From NCBI GenBank assembly GCA_051008055.1, contig JBPCXZ010000312.1, forward strand, positions 1 to 62,155: a DNA stretch of 62,155 nucleotides, read 5' to 3'. Below the pieces are notes generated by a model, which saw only the letters and a program-made list of their open reading frames with translations, did not search any database and was not told the origin of the DNA. Of this stretch, positions 45,890-56,303 are shown piece by piece. This DNA comes from Woeseiaceae bacterium. Lineage in GTDB: Bacteria > Pseudomonadota > Gammaproteobacteria > Steroidobacterales > Woeseiaceae. The stretch's first letter is position 1. The number at the start of each line of letters is the position of its first letter. The position numbers and the translations under genes were made by a program.

Positions 45890-47632
45890 ATGCAGCCACG
45901 CCTGCTGCTGGTCTTCCTGGCTTGCTCACTGTTGCCTGCGACGATGGCGCACGCACAGGCGCTTGCCAGTTATGACCAGATACATCACCCGGTATACAGT
46001 CGAACTGGCATGGTTGCTTCGCAGAATCGCGTGCCCTCGGAAATCGGTGCGCAGATCCTGGCTGACGGTGGTAACGCGATCGATGCGGCGGTTGCAGTCG
46101 GATTTTCACTAGCGGTCACATTGCCGCGCGCCGGCAACATTGCTGGTGGTGGATACATGCTGTATCACGACGCGGAGTCCGGTAAGACAATAGCGATCGA
46201 CTATCGAGAGATGGCGCCACTGGGTGCGACGCGAGATATGTTTCTCGATAGTGAAGGCAACGCCGACCGTTCATTGGCCAAAGATTCCTTGTTGTCGTCG
46301 GGCGTGCCCGGGACTGTCGCCGGTTTTCACCTGGCGCATCAGAAATTCGGTCGTTTGCCCTGGAGCAAAGTGCTGGAACCGGCGATCGCGCTCGCACGCG
46401 ATGGCATAGTCGTTACTCGCGATCTGTCGAATCAGCTGAAATCTGCGCAGCAGCGCAACTGTCGCGATGCGACAACGTGCGCATACCTCTACAAGAAGGA
46501 CGGCGAGCCCTACGAGATGGGCGAGCGGTTAGTTCAATCCGATTTGGCGCATACGCTACAGCTGATCGCCGATGACGGCCCAGATGCATTCTATCGGGGC
46601 AAAATTGCCGAGAAGATCATCGCGAAGATGGAGCGCGGCGGCGGCCTCATCGACAAGGCGTCACTGGCAGCCTACAAGCCGGAAATTCGCGAACCGATTC
46701 GCGGTCACTATCGAGGCTACGAGATCGTTGCTATGCCGCTTACCAGTTCCGGTGGCGTGCACGTCATTCAAATGCTGAATATTTTGCAGCACTTCGATAT
46801 TACTGAAATGGGTGCGGGCAGCGCGGATGCGATCCACGTGCTGGCGGAGGTGATGCGTCTTGCCTACGCCGATCGAAGTGAGCATCTTGCCGACCCGGAC
46901 TTCTACGATGTTCCAGTTGCCTGGCTGACAAGCGAAGAATACGCCAGCGAGCTGGCAGTCGAGGTGGACATGGAAAAAGCTACCGCGTCTGCCCAGGTCT
47001 TGGCGGGTGAGCCCGTTGCTGATGAAAGCAGGGATACCACTCACTTTTCGGTGATGGATGTCGATGGTAATGTTGTGTCGAATACCTACACACTCAATAC
47101 CTCGTACGGCTCCGGTATCGCCGTGGACGGAGCAGGTTTTGTGCTCAATAACGAAATGGATGATTTTGTTTCGAAGCCGGGTGTGCCAAATGTCTACGGA
47201 CTTCTTGGTGGCGAAGCGAATGCTGTCGCTCCAAACAAGCGGCCGTTGAGTTCGATGACGCCGGTCATAGTTTTCGACGCTGGCGAGCCCTGGTTTGCTA
47301 CCGGCAGTCCGGGCGGCGGTTGGATTATTACCGCTGTGCTGCAGATGATAGTCAACGTAATCGACCATGGAATGGGCATTGCCGATGCCTCGGACGCACC
47401 GCGATTGCATCACCAGTGGTACCCAGACCAGCTGTTGCTCGAAGACGGATTCAGCCCGGATACCGTGCGTGAGTTGGAGTCGCGTGGACACGAAATCGCG
47501 CGCAGGCGGTCAATATTCACCAGCTTGCAGACTGTCGCATTCAAGGACGGTTGGTTTCGTGGTGCGTCGGATCCACGTCGCCAGGATTCCGCTGCAGTAG
47601 CGCCACCAGAGCCCGATGCAAATCAAGACTAA
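45890..47632 (+). CDS. ggt: Gamma-glutamyltranspeptidase
   Basis: Signal peptide. The autoprocessing-site Thr lies in ESRDTTHFSVMD, and the protein has GSPGGGWIITAVLQ. The length is typical of Ggt. Confidence 0.88.
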   Translation: MQPRLLLVFLACSLLPATMAHAQALASYDQIHHPVYSRTGMVASQNRVPSEIGAQILADGGNAIDAAVAVGFSLAVTLPRAGNIAGGGYMLYHDAESGKTIAIDYREMAPLGATRDMFLDSEGNADRSLAKDSLLSSGVPGTVAGFHLAHQKFGRLPWSKVLEPAIALARDGIVVTRDLSNQLKSAQQRNCRDATTCAYLYKKDGEPYEMGERLVQSDLAHTLQLIADDGPDAFYRGKIAEKIIAKMERGGGLIDKASLAAYKPEIREPIRGHYRGYEIVAMPLTSSGGVHVIQMLNILQHFDITEMGAGSADAIHVLAEVMRLAYADRSEHLADPDFYDVPVAWLTSEEYASELAVEVDMEKATASAQVLAGEPVADESRDTTHFSVMDVDGNVVSNTYTLNTSYGSGIAVDGAGFVLNNEMDDFVSKPGVPNVYGLLGGEANAVAPNKRPLSSMTPVIVFDAGEPWFATGSPGGGWIITAVLQMIVNVIDHGMGIADASDAPRLHHQWYPDQLLLEDGFSPDTVRELESRGHEIARRRSIFTSLQTVAFKDGWFRGASDPRRQDSAAVAPPEPDANQD

Positions 47633-48914
47633 CGACATCAAATCGCAGATGTCCCTTGCGCAGCGGCGCTATGCCCTGGCGATCCTCGCTATTGTCTACA
47701 TGTTCAATTTCATCGACCGGCAGATCCTTGCGATCCTGCTGCCGTCGATCAAGGCCGAGTTTGCCGTTAGCGACACCGTACTCGGCCTGCTGACTGGTAC
47801 CGCATTCGCACTGTTTTATGTGTCGCTCGGAGTGCCAATCGCGCGTTACGCCGATCGCAGCAACCGGCGAAACCTGATTGCTTTGGCCGTTGCAGTTTGG
47901 AGCGGCATGACGGCGATTTCCGGCGTGGTTGCGAATTTCTGGCAGCTTGCGCTGGCTCGCGTGGGTGTCGGTATTGGCGAGGCCGGTTGCAGCCCGCCTG
48001 CACATTCCATGATTGCAGACATGTACCCGCCAGAGCAGCGTTCGGCTGCAATGGGTGTCTACACGCTGGGCATTTCGGCCGGCGTCATGTTCGCCTACCT
48101 CGCGGGTGGCTGGTTCGTCGAAAATGTTGGCTGGCGACAGACCTTCTTCGCGGTCGGCCTGCCTGGATTGTTGTTAGCCTTAGTTGTGAGATTCACGATT
48201 CAGGAACCGGCGCGTGGCGCGTCAGAACAACGCAGTGACAGTGGCGATCAACCCACGATGGCTGAAGTCTGGACATTCCTGATGCGCAGGCGATCGTTCG
48301 TCTACATGGCAATCGGTTCTGGCCTCAGTTCCTGGGTCGGCTACTCAATTATTTTCAATATGCCGAGTTTTCTGACGCGAAGTTTCGATGTCGGTACTAC
48401 GTCGATCGGGGTATGGCTTGGTCTGATTTACGGAATCGCCGGTGGCATCGGCTTTTTCATGGGCGGCTATATCGTTGATCGAATCGGACGACACAGCCAT
48501 CGCAAGGCACTTGGCTTCCTGGCCGTATCCACGCTGCTCGCGACACTTTTTAATGCTGGCGTATTCCTGTCGAGCAGCATGTTTTGGTGCCTGTTGCTGT
48601 TGATCATCCCTTCGATCATTTCCAACTTCTACCTGGCGCCGGTTCTCGGTCAGACTCAGAGCCTGGTGTCATTGCGCATGCGAGCGGTCGCGTCGTCGCT
48701 GATTTTGCTGATTCTGAATGTGATTGCTCTGTTGATCGGACAGCCATTGACCGGATTCGTGAGCGATGCTCTGGCGGCCACGCAAGGCACCGAGTCGATG
48801 CGCTCTGCATTGCTCCTTGTCAGTGCCGTGGGGCTGCCGATTGCGGCATTGTGTTACTGGGGCGCTGGCAGATCGATCGAGCAGGATCTTGCTCGTGCGC
48901 AGGAAAAAGACTGA
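47616..48914 (+). CDS. MFS transporter (spinster-like subfamily)
   Basis: FNFIDRQILAIL, the motif-A-like DRSNRRNLIA, and 12 TM. The start is uncertain: 47616 overlaps ggt by 17 nt, and an alternative ATG lies at 47649. Confidence 0.7.
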   Translation: MQIKTNDIKSQMSLAQRRYALAILAIVYMFNFIDRQILAILLPSIKAEFAVSDTVLGLLTGTAFALFYVSLGVPIARYADRSNRRNLIALAVAVWSGMTAISGVVANFWQLALARVGVGIGEAGCSPPAHSMIADMYPPEQRSAAMGVYTLGISAGVMFAYLAGGWFVENVGWRQTFFAVGLPGLLLALVVRFTIQEPARGASEQRSDSGDQPTMAEVWTFLMRRRSFVYMAIGSGLSSWVGYSIIFNMPSFLTRSFDVGTTSIGVWLGLIYGIAGGIGFFMGGYIVDRIGRHSHRKALGFLAVSTLLATLFNAGVFLSSSMFWCLLLLIIPSIISNFYLAPVLGQTQSLVSLRMRAVASSLILLILNVIALLIGQPLTGFVSDALAATQGTESMRSALLLVSAVGLPIAALCYWGAGRSIEQDLARAQEKD

Positions 48915-48915
48915 G

Positions 48916-50301
48916 TCAAATCGAGCGCAGATACCACTCGAAATCGAGCGCGCTGACACTGTCGTGAAATTTCTTTTCTTCGGCTCGCCGATTGATCAGG
49001 AATGCTTTGCAAAATCTATCGCCGAGGTATTCCGGCAAAATCTTGCTGCGCGAGAACTTTTGTAGCGACGCGTCCCAGCGATCAGGAATTCGCGTTCTCA
49101 AGTTGATGGTCTGACCTTCTTCAACCATGCGGCCGGGATCGACCTTGTTCTTCAGCCCGTAATGCACACCGGCGACGATTGCCGAGGTCACCAGGTAGGG
49201 ATTCGCGTCGGCGCCGGCGACGCGATGTTCGAATCGCAGGTTCTTCTTGTCGGCCTGCGGAATGCGTACTGACACGACGCGATGATTAACGCCCCAGTTC
49301 GTATCAACCGGTGCGAAATTTTCGGGCAACAAGCGTCGGTACGAATTAGCATTCGGCGAAAAGATGGCAGTTGCTTCCGGCATCGTTTTGAGCAAGCCGC
49401 CTACCGCGTAGCGGAGTCGCGCCGAGAATGGCGGAACGGCAAGATTGTCCTTGTCATGCGAAAAGTAATTCTTACCGTTCTTGTCGACCAGACTCATGTG
49501 AATATGCAGGCCATTGCCTGCATCTTCGGCGAAGGGTTTCGCCATGAAACAGGCGACGAAGCCGTGTCTTAATGCTGCGGCTTTGACGGCGCGCTTCAAC
49601 AGGACTGCATGATCACAGGCCAGCACAGGGTCATCTACATGCATCAGGTTGATTTCAAACTGACCCGCCGCGTACTCGGATATCACCGTGTCAGCAGGAA
49701 TATTTTGTGCGTCGCAATAGTCGTAGACATCGTCCAGAAACGGCTGAACCTCTTGCAGGTCATCAGGATGATAGACCTGTACGCCGGGTTGTGGCCGACC
49801 CAGCCCGGGAACGATCGGCGCCTTCGGCGTCGGCTTGTCCGCTTTGGCATCCAACAGGTAGAACTCCAACTCTGTGGCCATCACCATCTTCAGGCCCATC
49901 TTCTTGAGCGGGGCCATCGATCGTTCGAGGACCGTACGGGAATCAGCAAAGTAGGGCGTACCATCATTCTCATAAATTCTGAACAATGCCTGCGCCATCG
50001 GTCGGTTAGACCAGGGTACCGGAGCGATACTTCCCGCAACGACGGAACTGACCGCATCCGGATCGCCGTCATCGTAGCCAGGCAGGCCTTCGGCCACCTC
50101 GCCCAACACATCCAGCAGGACGGTGCCGCCACAGAAAAAGAATGGCTCAGTGCAGGTTTTCTCAAAGTCCTTGGCACGCACCCGTTTGCCCTTGAGAACG
50201 CCATTGATATCCGGCACCAGCACTTCCATAAACGCAGTGTCGGGAAATTTTTTCAGCAGTCGTCTGAGTTCAGCGCGCCGCGGGTCTGTTTTTTTGGCCA
50301 T
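48916..50301 (-). CDS. Glutamine synthetase family enzyme, gamma-glutamyl-amine (PuuA-like) synthetase
   Basis: 461 aa. GS catalytic-domain motifs: FMAKPF, GNGLHIHMSL, NSYRRL and RFEHRVAGADANPYL. It lacks the adenylylation context of GlnA and lies next to a PuuD-like hydrolase cluster. Confidence 0.7.
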   Translation of the reverse strand: MAKKTDPRRAELRRLLKKFPDTAFMEVLVPDINGVLKGKRVRAKDFEKTCTEPFFFCGGTVLLDVLGEVAEGLPGYDDGDPDAVSSVVAGSIAPVPWSNRPMAQALFRIYENDGTPYFADSRTVLERSMAPLKKMGLKMVMATELEFYLLDAKADKPTPKAPIVPGLGRPQPGVQVYHPDDLQEVQPFLDDVYDYCDAQNIPADTVISEYAAGQFEINLMHVDDPVLACDHAVLLKRAVKAAALRHGFVACFMAKPFAEDAGNGLHIHMSLVDKNGKNYFSHDKDNLAVPPFSARLRYAVGGLLKTMPEATAIFSPNANSYRRLLPENFAPVDTNWGVNHRVVSVRIPQADKKNLRFEHRVAGADANPYLVTSAIVAGVHYGLKNKVDPGRMVEEGQTINLRTRIPDRWDASLQKFSRSKILPEYLGDRFCKAFLINRRAEEKKFHDSVSALDFEWYLRSI

Positions 50302-50392
50302 ATTGCTGCGAGCTTCCCTGATCCTTGGCTTGCCTGCAAGAGTTGATTGATATCATAATATGAACTACTCATTCATAATATGGTGATCGCTC

Positions 50393-51145
50393 ATGGCTAC
50401 TGCAAATCCACCGCAGGGCGCTCAAGCCGCGCTGCGCGCCATTCGGCTTTTGAAGTTATTCACCGCCGCGACTCCGGAATTGAGTCTCACCGAAATTTGC
50501 GAGCACGCCGGCCTCAACAAGACGACGGCGCATAGATTACTGCAAGCATTGTCGAGCGAGGCAATGGTCGAACGCGATGGGACCCACGGCACTTATCGCC
50601 TGGGTGCTGGAATGATGGCTCTGGGCGTGCAGGCATTGTCCAGCAGCGACTTGCGAATACGCGTTCGTCCGATGTTGAAGCGTCTGGCGCGAGACAGCGG
50701 CGAAACAGCAACGCTTGAAGTACCGATCGACAATTCGATGCTGATTCTCGACGAAGTGGCCGGTAGCCATTTTGTTGGTGCGGCCGGCAATGTTGGTACG
50801 CGCTGGCCGCTGCATGCGACGTCGACCGGCAAAGCGCTGGTAGCTTTCGATGAGCAGGTAAGGGCAAGGCTTGCGGATGATCTGCCGTCGCTGACGCCGA
50901 GCACTATCGTTCGCAGGGCTGATCTGGAAAAGCAACTAACGGCTATTCGGCATCGCGGATTCGCCGAATCCGTAGATGAACTGGAGGACGGTTTCTCCGG
51001 TGTCGGTACGGTGATTCGCGGCGGACTGGGCGAGGTCCTGGGCACGTTGTCGATCTGTGGCCCGACGCAGCGCATGGGCGATACGCGGCGCGCAAGATTG
51101 GGCGAAACACTGCGAAATGCGGCCGCGCAGCTGCAGCCCGCCTAG
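50393..51145 (+). CDS. IclR family transcriptional regulator
   Basis: The winged HTH LSLTEICEHAGLNKTTAHRLLQAL is followed by an IclR effector-binding domain. Confidence 0.85.
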   Translation: MATANPPQGAQAALRAIRLLKLFTAATPELSLTEICEHAGLNKTTAHRLLQALSSEAMVERDGTHGTYRLGAGMMALGVQALSSSDLRIRVRPMLKRLARDSGETATLEVPIDNSMLILDEVAGSHFVGAAGNVGTRWPLHATSTGKALVAFDEQVRARLADDLPSLTPSTIVRRADLEKQLTAIRHRGFAESVDELEDGFSGVGTVIRGGLGEVLGTLSICGPTQRMGDTRRARLGETLRNAAAQLQPA

Positions 51146-51261
51146 GGATAAGCTAGGGATTACCGTGATAATATACCGCCAGCCACAGCGTCAGGAAAAA
51201 CAACATTAATACACGCAAGTTTGCTGTTCTGATTCGGGGGATCGCCTGCACAACAATCGCA

Positions 51262-53115
51262 ATGACCACTGCTTTGTGGTCGGCGACGGTGTACGCGATC
51301 GATTTAGAGGTACCGCAGATCGGTCTGACGGAAGTACCGATTGAAATCGTCGTGACCGGGGTGCCGGAAGGCGAACTCGTCACCGTCAATGTCGCTGGCG
51401 AAGACTTCTGGATAAACGCCGACGCCGATGGACGCGCCGTCGTGCCGGAAACAAGTGTTGCAGAAAGTGGTTCGATTCAGATCGTTGCGACGTATGAGGA
51501 GTACACAGCGGACGCGAGTCTGCGTGTACTACCCGGATGGATTTCGCTGATGCCCGCGTTTCTGGCAATCATCACCGCGTTGCTGTTGCGCAATGTTCTG
51601 CCCGCGTTGCTTCTTGGTCTGTGGTTAGGTGCGACCGCATTGCAAGGTTTCTCACTCGGCGGCGCTTTGCAGGGACTGCTGAACGTGTTCTCAGTATTCA
51701 TCGTCAACGCGCTGGCGAATCCGGATCATGCCGCGATTATCGCGTTCAGCATGATGATTGGCGGCATGGTCGGCATCATTACGCGCAACGGCGGCATGAC
51801 CAGCGTTGTGCGAATGGTCGTCAGTCGCGCGAAGACCGCAATCGGGGGGCAGATCTCGATTTGGCTGATGGGCCTGATGATCTTCTTTGACGATTACGCT
51901 AATACGATGCTGGTCGGCAACACCGCCCGACCGATTACGGATCAACTGAAGATATCCAGGGAAAAACTCGCCTACATCGTGGATTCGACGGCCGCGCCGG
52001 TTGTGTGCCTGGCCTTTGTCACGACCTGGATCGGCTATGAAGTCAGCCTGATCGACCAGGCACTGCAGGGAATTGACGGACTTGCTACAGAGGCCGCTTA
52101 TTCGGTTTTCCTGAGCTCGATCCCGTTTAGTTTTTACCCGATTCTGGCCGTGTTCTTTGTCATCGTTGTTGCTTCCTCAGGCCGCGACATGGGTCCGATG
52201 TACAAGGCAGAAGTTCGGGCCAGGCAGGGCGAGGTCGCGCCGCAGGCAGTAGAGGATTTGCCAGCGATGAATGGCGACACGCTGGACGCCAAAGATAATA
52301 TTCCGTTCCGTGCGATGAACGCGTTTATCCCAATCATTGTCATGATTATCGGACTGATTCTGAGTTTGTACATCACCGGCACGTCGAACCTTGGGCCGGG
52401 CGAGCATTCGATTCGCGACATCATTGGTGAGTCCAATGCGTACCTCGCGATGCTCTGGTCATCATTTGCCGGAGCGCTGACGGCCGCAGGCTTGTCTGTC
52501 GGGCAACGAATCCTGAATTCGCATGAAGTGGTCGATGCCTGGTACGGCGGCGCGCGTGCAACCCTGTTCGGCATGATCACTTTGGTACTCGCGTGGTCGA
52601 TGTCAGATATTTCAACTTCACTCAACGCGCAGGGTTACTTGATTTCAGTCCTGGGTGATTCGTTGCCGGCCGCGCTGGTGCCTGCGATCGTATTCGTCCT
52701 TGCGGCGTTGACGGCATTTGCGACGGGCACGAGTTGGGGCACGATGGGCATATTGATGCCTCTGACTATCCCGCTTGCCTGGGCCGTCATGACCGTCAAC
52801 GGTATTGCGGATCCGTCTGGCATGCATATTCTTTATTCTGCCGTGGCCTGTGTACTCGCCGGTGCGGTTTGGGGCGATCATTGTTCGCCCATCTCGGACA
52901 CGACAGTCCTGTCGTCAATCGCAAGTGGCTGCGACCATATCGAACACGTCCGAACACAGATGCCGTACGCGTTGATGGTTGGTAGTGTGGCCATCGCGAT
53001 CGGTACGATTCCTGCCGGGTATGGTTTGTCGCCCTGGATTTCGATTCTCGTTGGCGGTGCCTTGTTGTTCGCAACCTTGCGCTACTTCGGTCGCAAGGCT
53101 GACGACGCGGCATGA
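51262..53115 (+). CDS. NhaC-family membrane transporter with an N-terminal non-membrane domain of about 95 aa
   Basis: The polytopic C-terminal roughly 520 aa has Na+/H+ antiporter NhaC-family features (FFDDYANTMLVG, SPISDTTVLSS). The N-terminal segment is hydrophilic and looks beta-rich. Confidence 0.65.
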   Translation: MTTALWSATVYAIDLEVPQIGLTEVPIEIVVTGVPEGELVTVNVAGEDFWINADADGRAVVPETSVAESGSIQIVATYEEYTADASLRVLPGWISLMPAFLAIITALLLRNVLPALLLGLWLGATALQGFSLGGALQGLLNVFSVFIVNALANPDHAAIIAFSMMIGGMVGIITRNGGMTSVVRMVVSRAKTAIGGQISIWLMGLMIFFDDYANTMLVGNTARPITDQLKISREKLAYIVDSTAAPVVCLAFVTTWIGYEVSLIDQALQGIDGLATEAAYSVFLSSIPFSFYPILAVFFVIVVASSGRDMGPMYKAEVRARQGEVAPQAVEDLPAMNGDTLDAKDNIPFRAMNAFIPIIVMIIGLILSLYITGTSNLGPGEHSIRDIIGESNAYLAMLWSSFAGALTAAGLSVGQRILNSHEVVDAWYGGARATLFGMITLVLAWSMSDISTSLNAQGYLISVLGDSLPAALVPAIVFVLAALTAFATGTSWGTMGILMPLTIPLAWAVMTVNGIADPSGMHILYSAVACVLAGAVWGDHCSPISDTTVLSSIASGCDHIEHVRTQMPYALMVGSVAIAIGTIPAGYGLSPWISILVGGALLFATLRYFGRKADDAA

Positions 53116-53864
53116 GCCACAAGCCGGTGATTGGCGTGCCTGCCGATCGGCGCATGGTCGATCCGCATCCGTTCCACATGGCTGGCGAAAAATACGTGCA
53201 GGCGATCGTCGATGGCTCTGACGGCTTACCGTTCATCATTCCGGCACTGGGCGATCCACTGGACGTAGATGACATTATTGCCCACGTTGACGGCATCCTG
53301 CTGACCGGTAGTCCGTCGAATATCGAGCCGTACCATTACGAGGGCCAGCCAAGTGAACCCGGTACCTGGCACGATCCGCATCGCGATGCGCTGACCTTGC
53401 CATTGGCGAATCGTGCGCTGCAAAAAGGCGTGCCGTTACTTGCCGTTTGCCGCGGCCACCAGGAACTCAATGTCGTTCTCGGTGGCACCTTGCACCAAAA
53501 AGTGCATGAAGTGCCCGGCTATGGGATGCACAAGGAAAATCCGGAAGATCCGCTCGACGTGCAATATGGGCCGTCGCACAACATCAACCTGGTCGAAGGT
53601 GGGTTGCTGCACGGTCTTGCAGGCACGGACAAGGTGATGGTGAATTCGCTGCACGCACAGGGTGTCGCGAAATTGGCAGACGGGGTAAGTATCGAAGCAC
53701 TTGCGGACGACGGTTTGGTTGAAGCTTTTGTCGTGGACAGTGCACCGGGCTTCACATTATCCGTCCAGTGGCACCCGGAATGGCAAGTGCGCTTAGATGA
53801 ATTTTCGACCGCAATTTTCAGGACTTTCGGCGACGCCTGTCGCGATTACGCAAAGCGAAAGTAG
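53112..53864 (+). CDS. puuD: Gamma-glutamyl-gamma-aminobutyrate hydrolase family (peptidase C26, class I amidotransferase-like)
   Basis: The LAVCRGHQELNV nucleophile-Cys motif and the WHPEW His region match PuuD-type hydrolases. ATGA overlap with the upstream gene. Confidence 0.75.
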   Translation: MSHKPVIGVPADRRMVDPHPFHMAGEKYVQAIVDGSDGLPFIIPALGDPLDVDDIIAHVDGILLTGSPSNIEPYHYEGQPSEPGTWHDPHRDALTLPLANRALQKGVPLLAVCRGHQELNVVLGGTLHQKVHEVPGYGMHKENPEDPLDVQYGPSHNINLVEGGLLHGLAGTDKVMVNSLHAQGVAKLADGVSIEALADDGLVEAFVVDSAPGFTLSVQWHPEWQVRLDEFSTAIFRTFGDACRDYAKRK

Positions 53865-53965
53865 GGTGCTCTTAAGCACGGATCGTGTTTCAACATATGG
53901 TTCCGGGGCGACTTACTGGCCTGCGGTTAGCTATTATTAGGAGTTCAAGCACTTGGAGGTGAGCC

Positions 53966-55333
53966 ATGGCAGCTCTCGAGAAACGTTCCGGATCGGATTG
54001 GCAGGAGCTGGATAAAGACCACTATCTGCACCCGTTTACCGACCACAAAGAACTACACGAAAAGAAATCTCGCATTATCACCAAAGCCGATGGGTCGTAT
54101 ATCTACGACTCTGAGGGCAATAAGATCCTTGACGGCATGTCGGGTCTCTGGTGTGTGAATGCCGGCTACGGACGCGATTCGCTGGTTGCAGCAGCTGCTG
54201 AGCAGATGCGCGAGCTGCCTTACTACAACAGTTTTTTTCAGTGCGCTCACCCGCCGTCAATTGAGTTGGCGAAGAAACTGCAGGAAGTAACGCCAGCTCA
54301 TATGAATCGCGTGTTTTTCACTGGCTCGGGTTCGGAGTCTAACGACACGATCGTACGTATGGTCCGACGTTACTGGGACCTGATGGGTCAGCCGGAGAGG
54401 CATACGATCATCAGCCGACAGAACGCCTACCACGGTTCTACCGTGGCCGCGGCCAGTCTGGGCGGCATGAAGCCCATGCACAGCCAGGGTGGTTTGCCGA
54501 TTCCAGGCATTGTGCACGTTGATCAACCCTATTGGTTTGGCAGCGATCACAGTCTGTCACCTGACGAGTTCGGTCTCGCGGCGGCGCGTTCAATTGAAGT
54601 AAAAATCAACGAGCTAGGTGCGGATAAAGTTGCCGCATTCATTGGTGAGCCGATTCAGGGTGCTGGCGGCGTTATCATTCCGCCGGATTCATATTGGCCT
54701 GAAGTGCAAAGGATTTGCGACGAATACGGCATCCTCCTGATTTCTGATGAAGTCATCACCGGGTTCGGCAGGCTTGGCGAATGGTTTGGCGCAGACTACT
54801 TCGGTACACGACCGGACTTTATGCCCTTTGCCAAAGGCGTGACGTCGGGTTACCTGCCTTTGGGTGGTGTAATGATCAGCGATCGGGTTGCAAAGACCCT
54901 GATCGACAAGGGCGGAGAGTTTTATCACGGCTATACCTATTCCGGTCACCCGGCAGCCTGCGCGGTTGCGATCGAGAATATCAATATCCTGCAAAGGGAA
55001 GGCCTGGTCGAACGGGTTAAAAATGACATTGGACCGTACCTGCAGGCCGGCTGGCACAAACTCGGCGAACATCCGCTGGTTGGTGAAACGCGCATGGTTG
55101 GTCTGATGGGCGCTTTGGAAATTGTCAAAGACAAGGACTCTCTTGAGCGCTTTGATGAGGACGATGGCGTCGGCACCATTTGCCGCGATTTCCTCGTCGA
55201 AAATGGACTTGTAATGCGAGCCGTAGGAGACTCAATCGTTACCGCGCCGCCGTTCATTTTGACTCATGCCGAAGCGGATGAGCTGCTGGAGAAAGCCTGG
55301 CGTGCTCTCGACCTGACACAGCAGGCAATTTGA
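53966..55333 (+). CDS. Class III PLP-dependent aminotransferase (amine:pyruvate/2-oxoglutarate type, SpuC-like)
   Basis: GLWCVNAGYGR, ISDEVITGFGRLG and the PLP-binding Lys in the FAKG context (PDFMPFAKGVTSGY). 455 aa. Confidence 0.8.
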   Translation: MAALEKRSGSDWQELDKDHYLHPFTDHKELHEKKSRIITKADGSYIYDSEGNKILDGMSGLWCVNAGYGRDSLVAAAAEQMRELPYYNSFFQCAHPPSIELAKKLQEVTPAHMNRVFFTGSGSESNDTIVRMVRRYWDLMGQPERHTIISRQNAYHGSTVAAASLGGMKPMHSQGGLPIPGIVHVDQPYWFGSDHSLSPDEFGLAAARSIEVKINELGADKVAAFIGEPIQGAGGVIIPPDSYWPEVQRICDEYGILLISDEVITGFGRLGEWFGADYFGTRPDFMPFAKGVTSGYLPLGGVMISDRVAKTLIDKGGEFYHGYTYSGHPAACAVAIENINILQREGLVERVKNDIGPYLQAGWHKLGEHPLVGETRMVGLMGALEIVKDKDSLERFDEDDGVGTICRDFLVENGLVMRAVGDSIVTAPPFILTHAEADELLEKAWRALDLTQQAI

Positions 55334-56283
55334 TGGCTACGCGCAAAGAAAGCAACGACAACGCCATAACGAGAGAGAGCCTCTATGGCACGACGCCGGA
55401 ACCGACGTATTCGGGAATCCTGTCATTCATGCGTCGCAAGTACACGAAAGACCTGAGTGGTGCCGATGTTGCCGTGCTGGGAGTACCGTTCGACACGGCA
55501 ACGACCAATCGTGCCGGCACCCGGCTCGGGCCTCGCGCTATTCGGGCAGCTTCGTCGATCATCGCCTGGGAAAAAATGTACGGCATGGAATTTGATCCGT
55601 TTGACAAACTCGCGGTGGTTGATTGGGGAGATTGCTACTTCGATCACGGCCGACCGCAGGGTGTACCGGATCAGATCGAGCAGTGTGCATATGACATCAT
55701 TAACCAGGGCCCGGGCCTGCTGACTTTGGGCGGCGATCATTTTATTTCCTATCCGCTGATCAAAGCCCATGTCAGAAAACACGGCGGACCTGTGTCGATC
55801 CTGCATTTCGATGCTCATAGCGACACCTGGGCTGATGACGATGGTCGCATTGATCACGGCACCATGTTCTATTTCGCGGCGAAGGAGGGCATCGTAAATC
55901 CGGCGACTTCGGTGCAGATCGGCCTGCGCACGACGAATCCCGACACGCTGGGATTCAATGTGCTTGACGCGCCATGGGTGCATGCGAACGGGATCGAGGC
56001 CACCATTGAAAAGGCGCGAAAAATCGTCGGCGATACGTCCGTTTACCTGACCTTTGATATTGATTGTCTCGATCCGAGTTACGCGCCTGGCACCGGGACG
56101 CCCGTCTGTGGCGGCCTGACGTCACACCAGGCGATTCAGATCCTGCGCGGTATGCAGGGGATCAATATTATTGGCATGGATATGGTGGAAGTCGCGCCGG
56201 CGTACGATGTCGGTGAAATAACGGCCCTGGCCGCGTCGCAGCTCGCGATGGAAATGCTTTACCTGTACGCAAACAAACCATAA
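55333..56283 (+). CDS. Ureohydrolase (agmatinase / guanidino-acid hydrolase family)
   Basis: Mn-binding motifs GGDHFISYP, HFDAHSDT and FDIDCLDP. ATG in a TGATG overlap with the aminotransferase stop. Confidence 0.8.
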   Translation: MATRKESNDNAITRESLYGTTPEPTYSGILSFMRRKYTKDLSGADVAVLGVPFDTATTNRAGTRLGPRAIRAASSIIAWEKMYGMEFDPFDKLAVVDWGDCYFDHGRPQGVPDQIEQCAYDIINQGPGLLTLGGDHFISYPLIKAHVRKHGGPVSILHFDAHSDTWADDDGRIDHGTMFYFAAKEGIVNPATSVQIGLRTTNPDTLGFNVLDAPWVHANGIEATIEKARKIVGDTSVYLTFDIDCLDPSYAPGTGTPVCGGLTSHQAIQILRGMQGINIIGMDMVEVAPAYDVGEITALAASQLAMEMLYLYANKP

Positions 56284-56303
56284 GAAATGCTAAGTTAGCG
56301 CCC

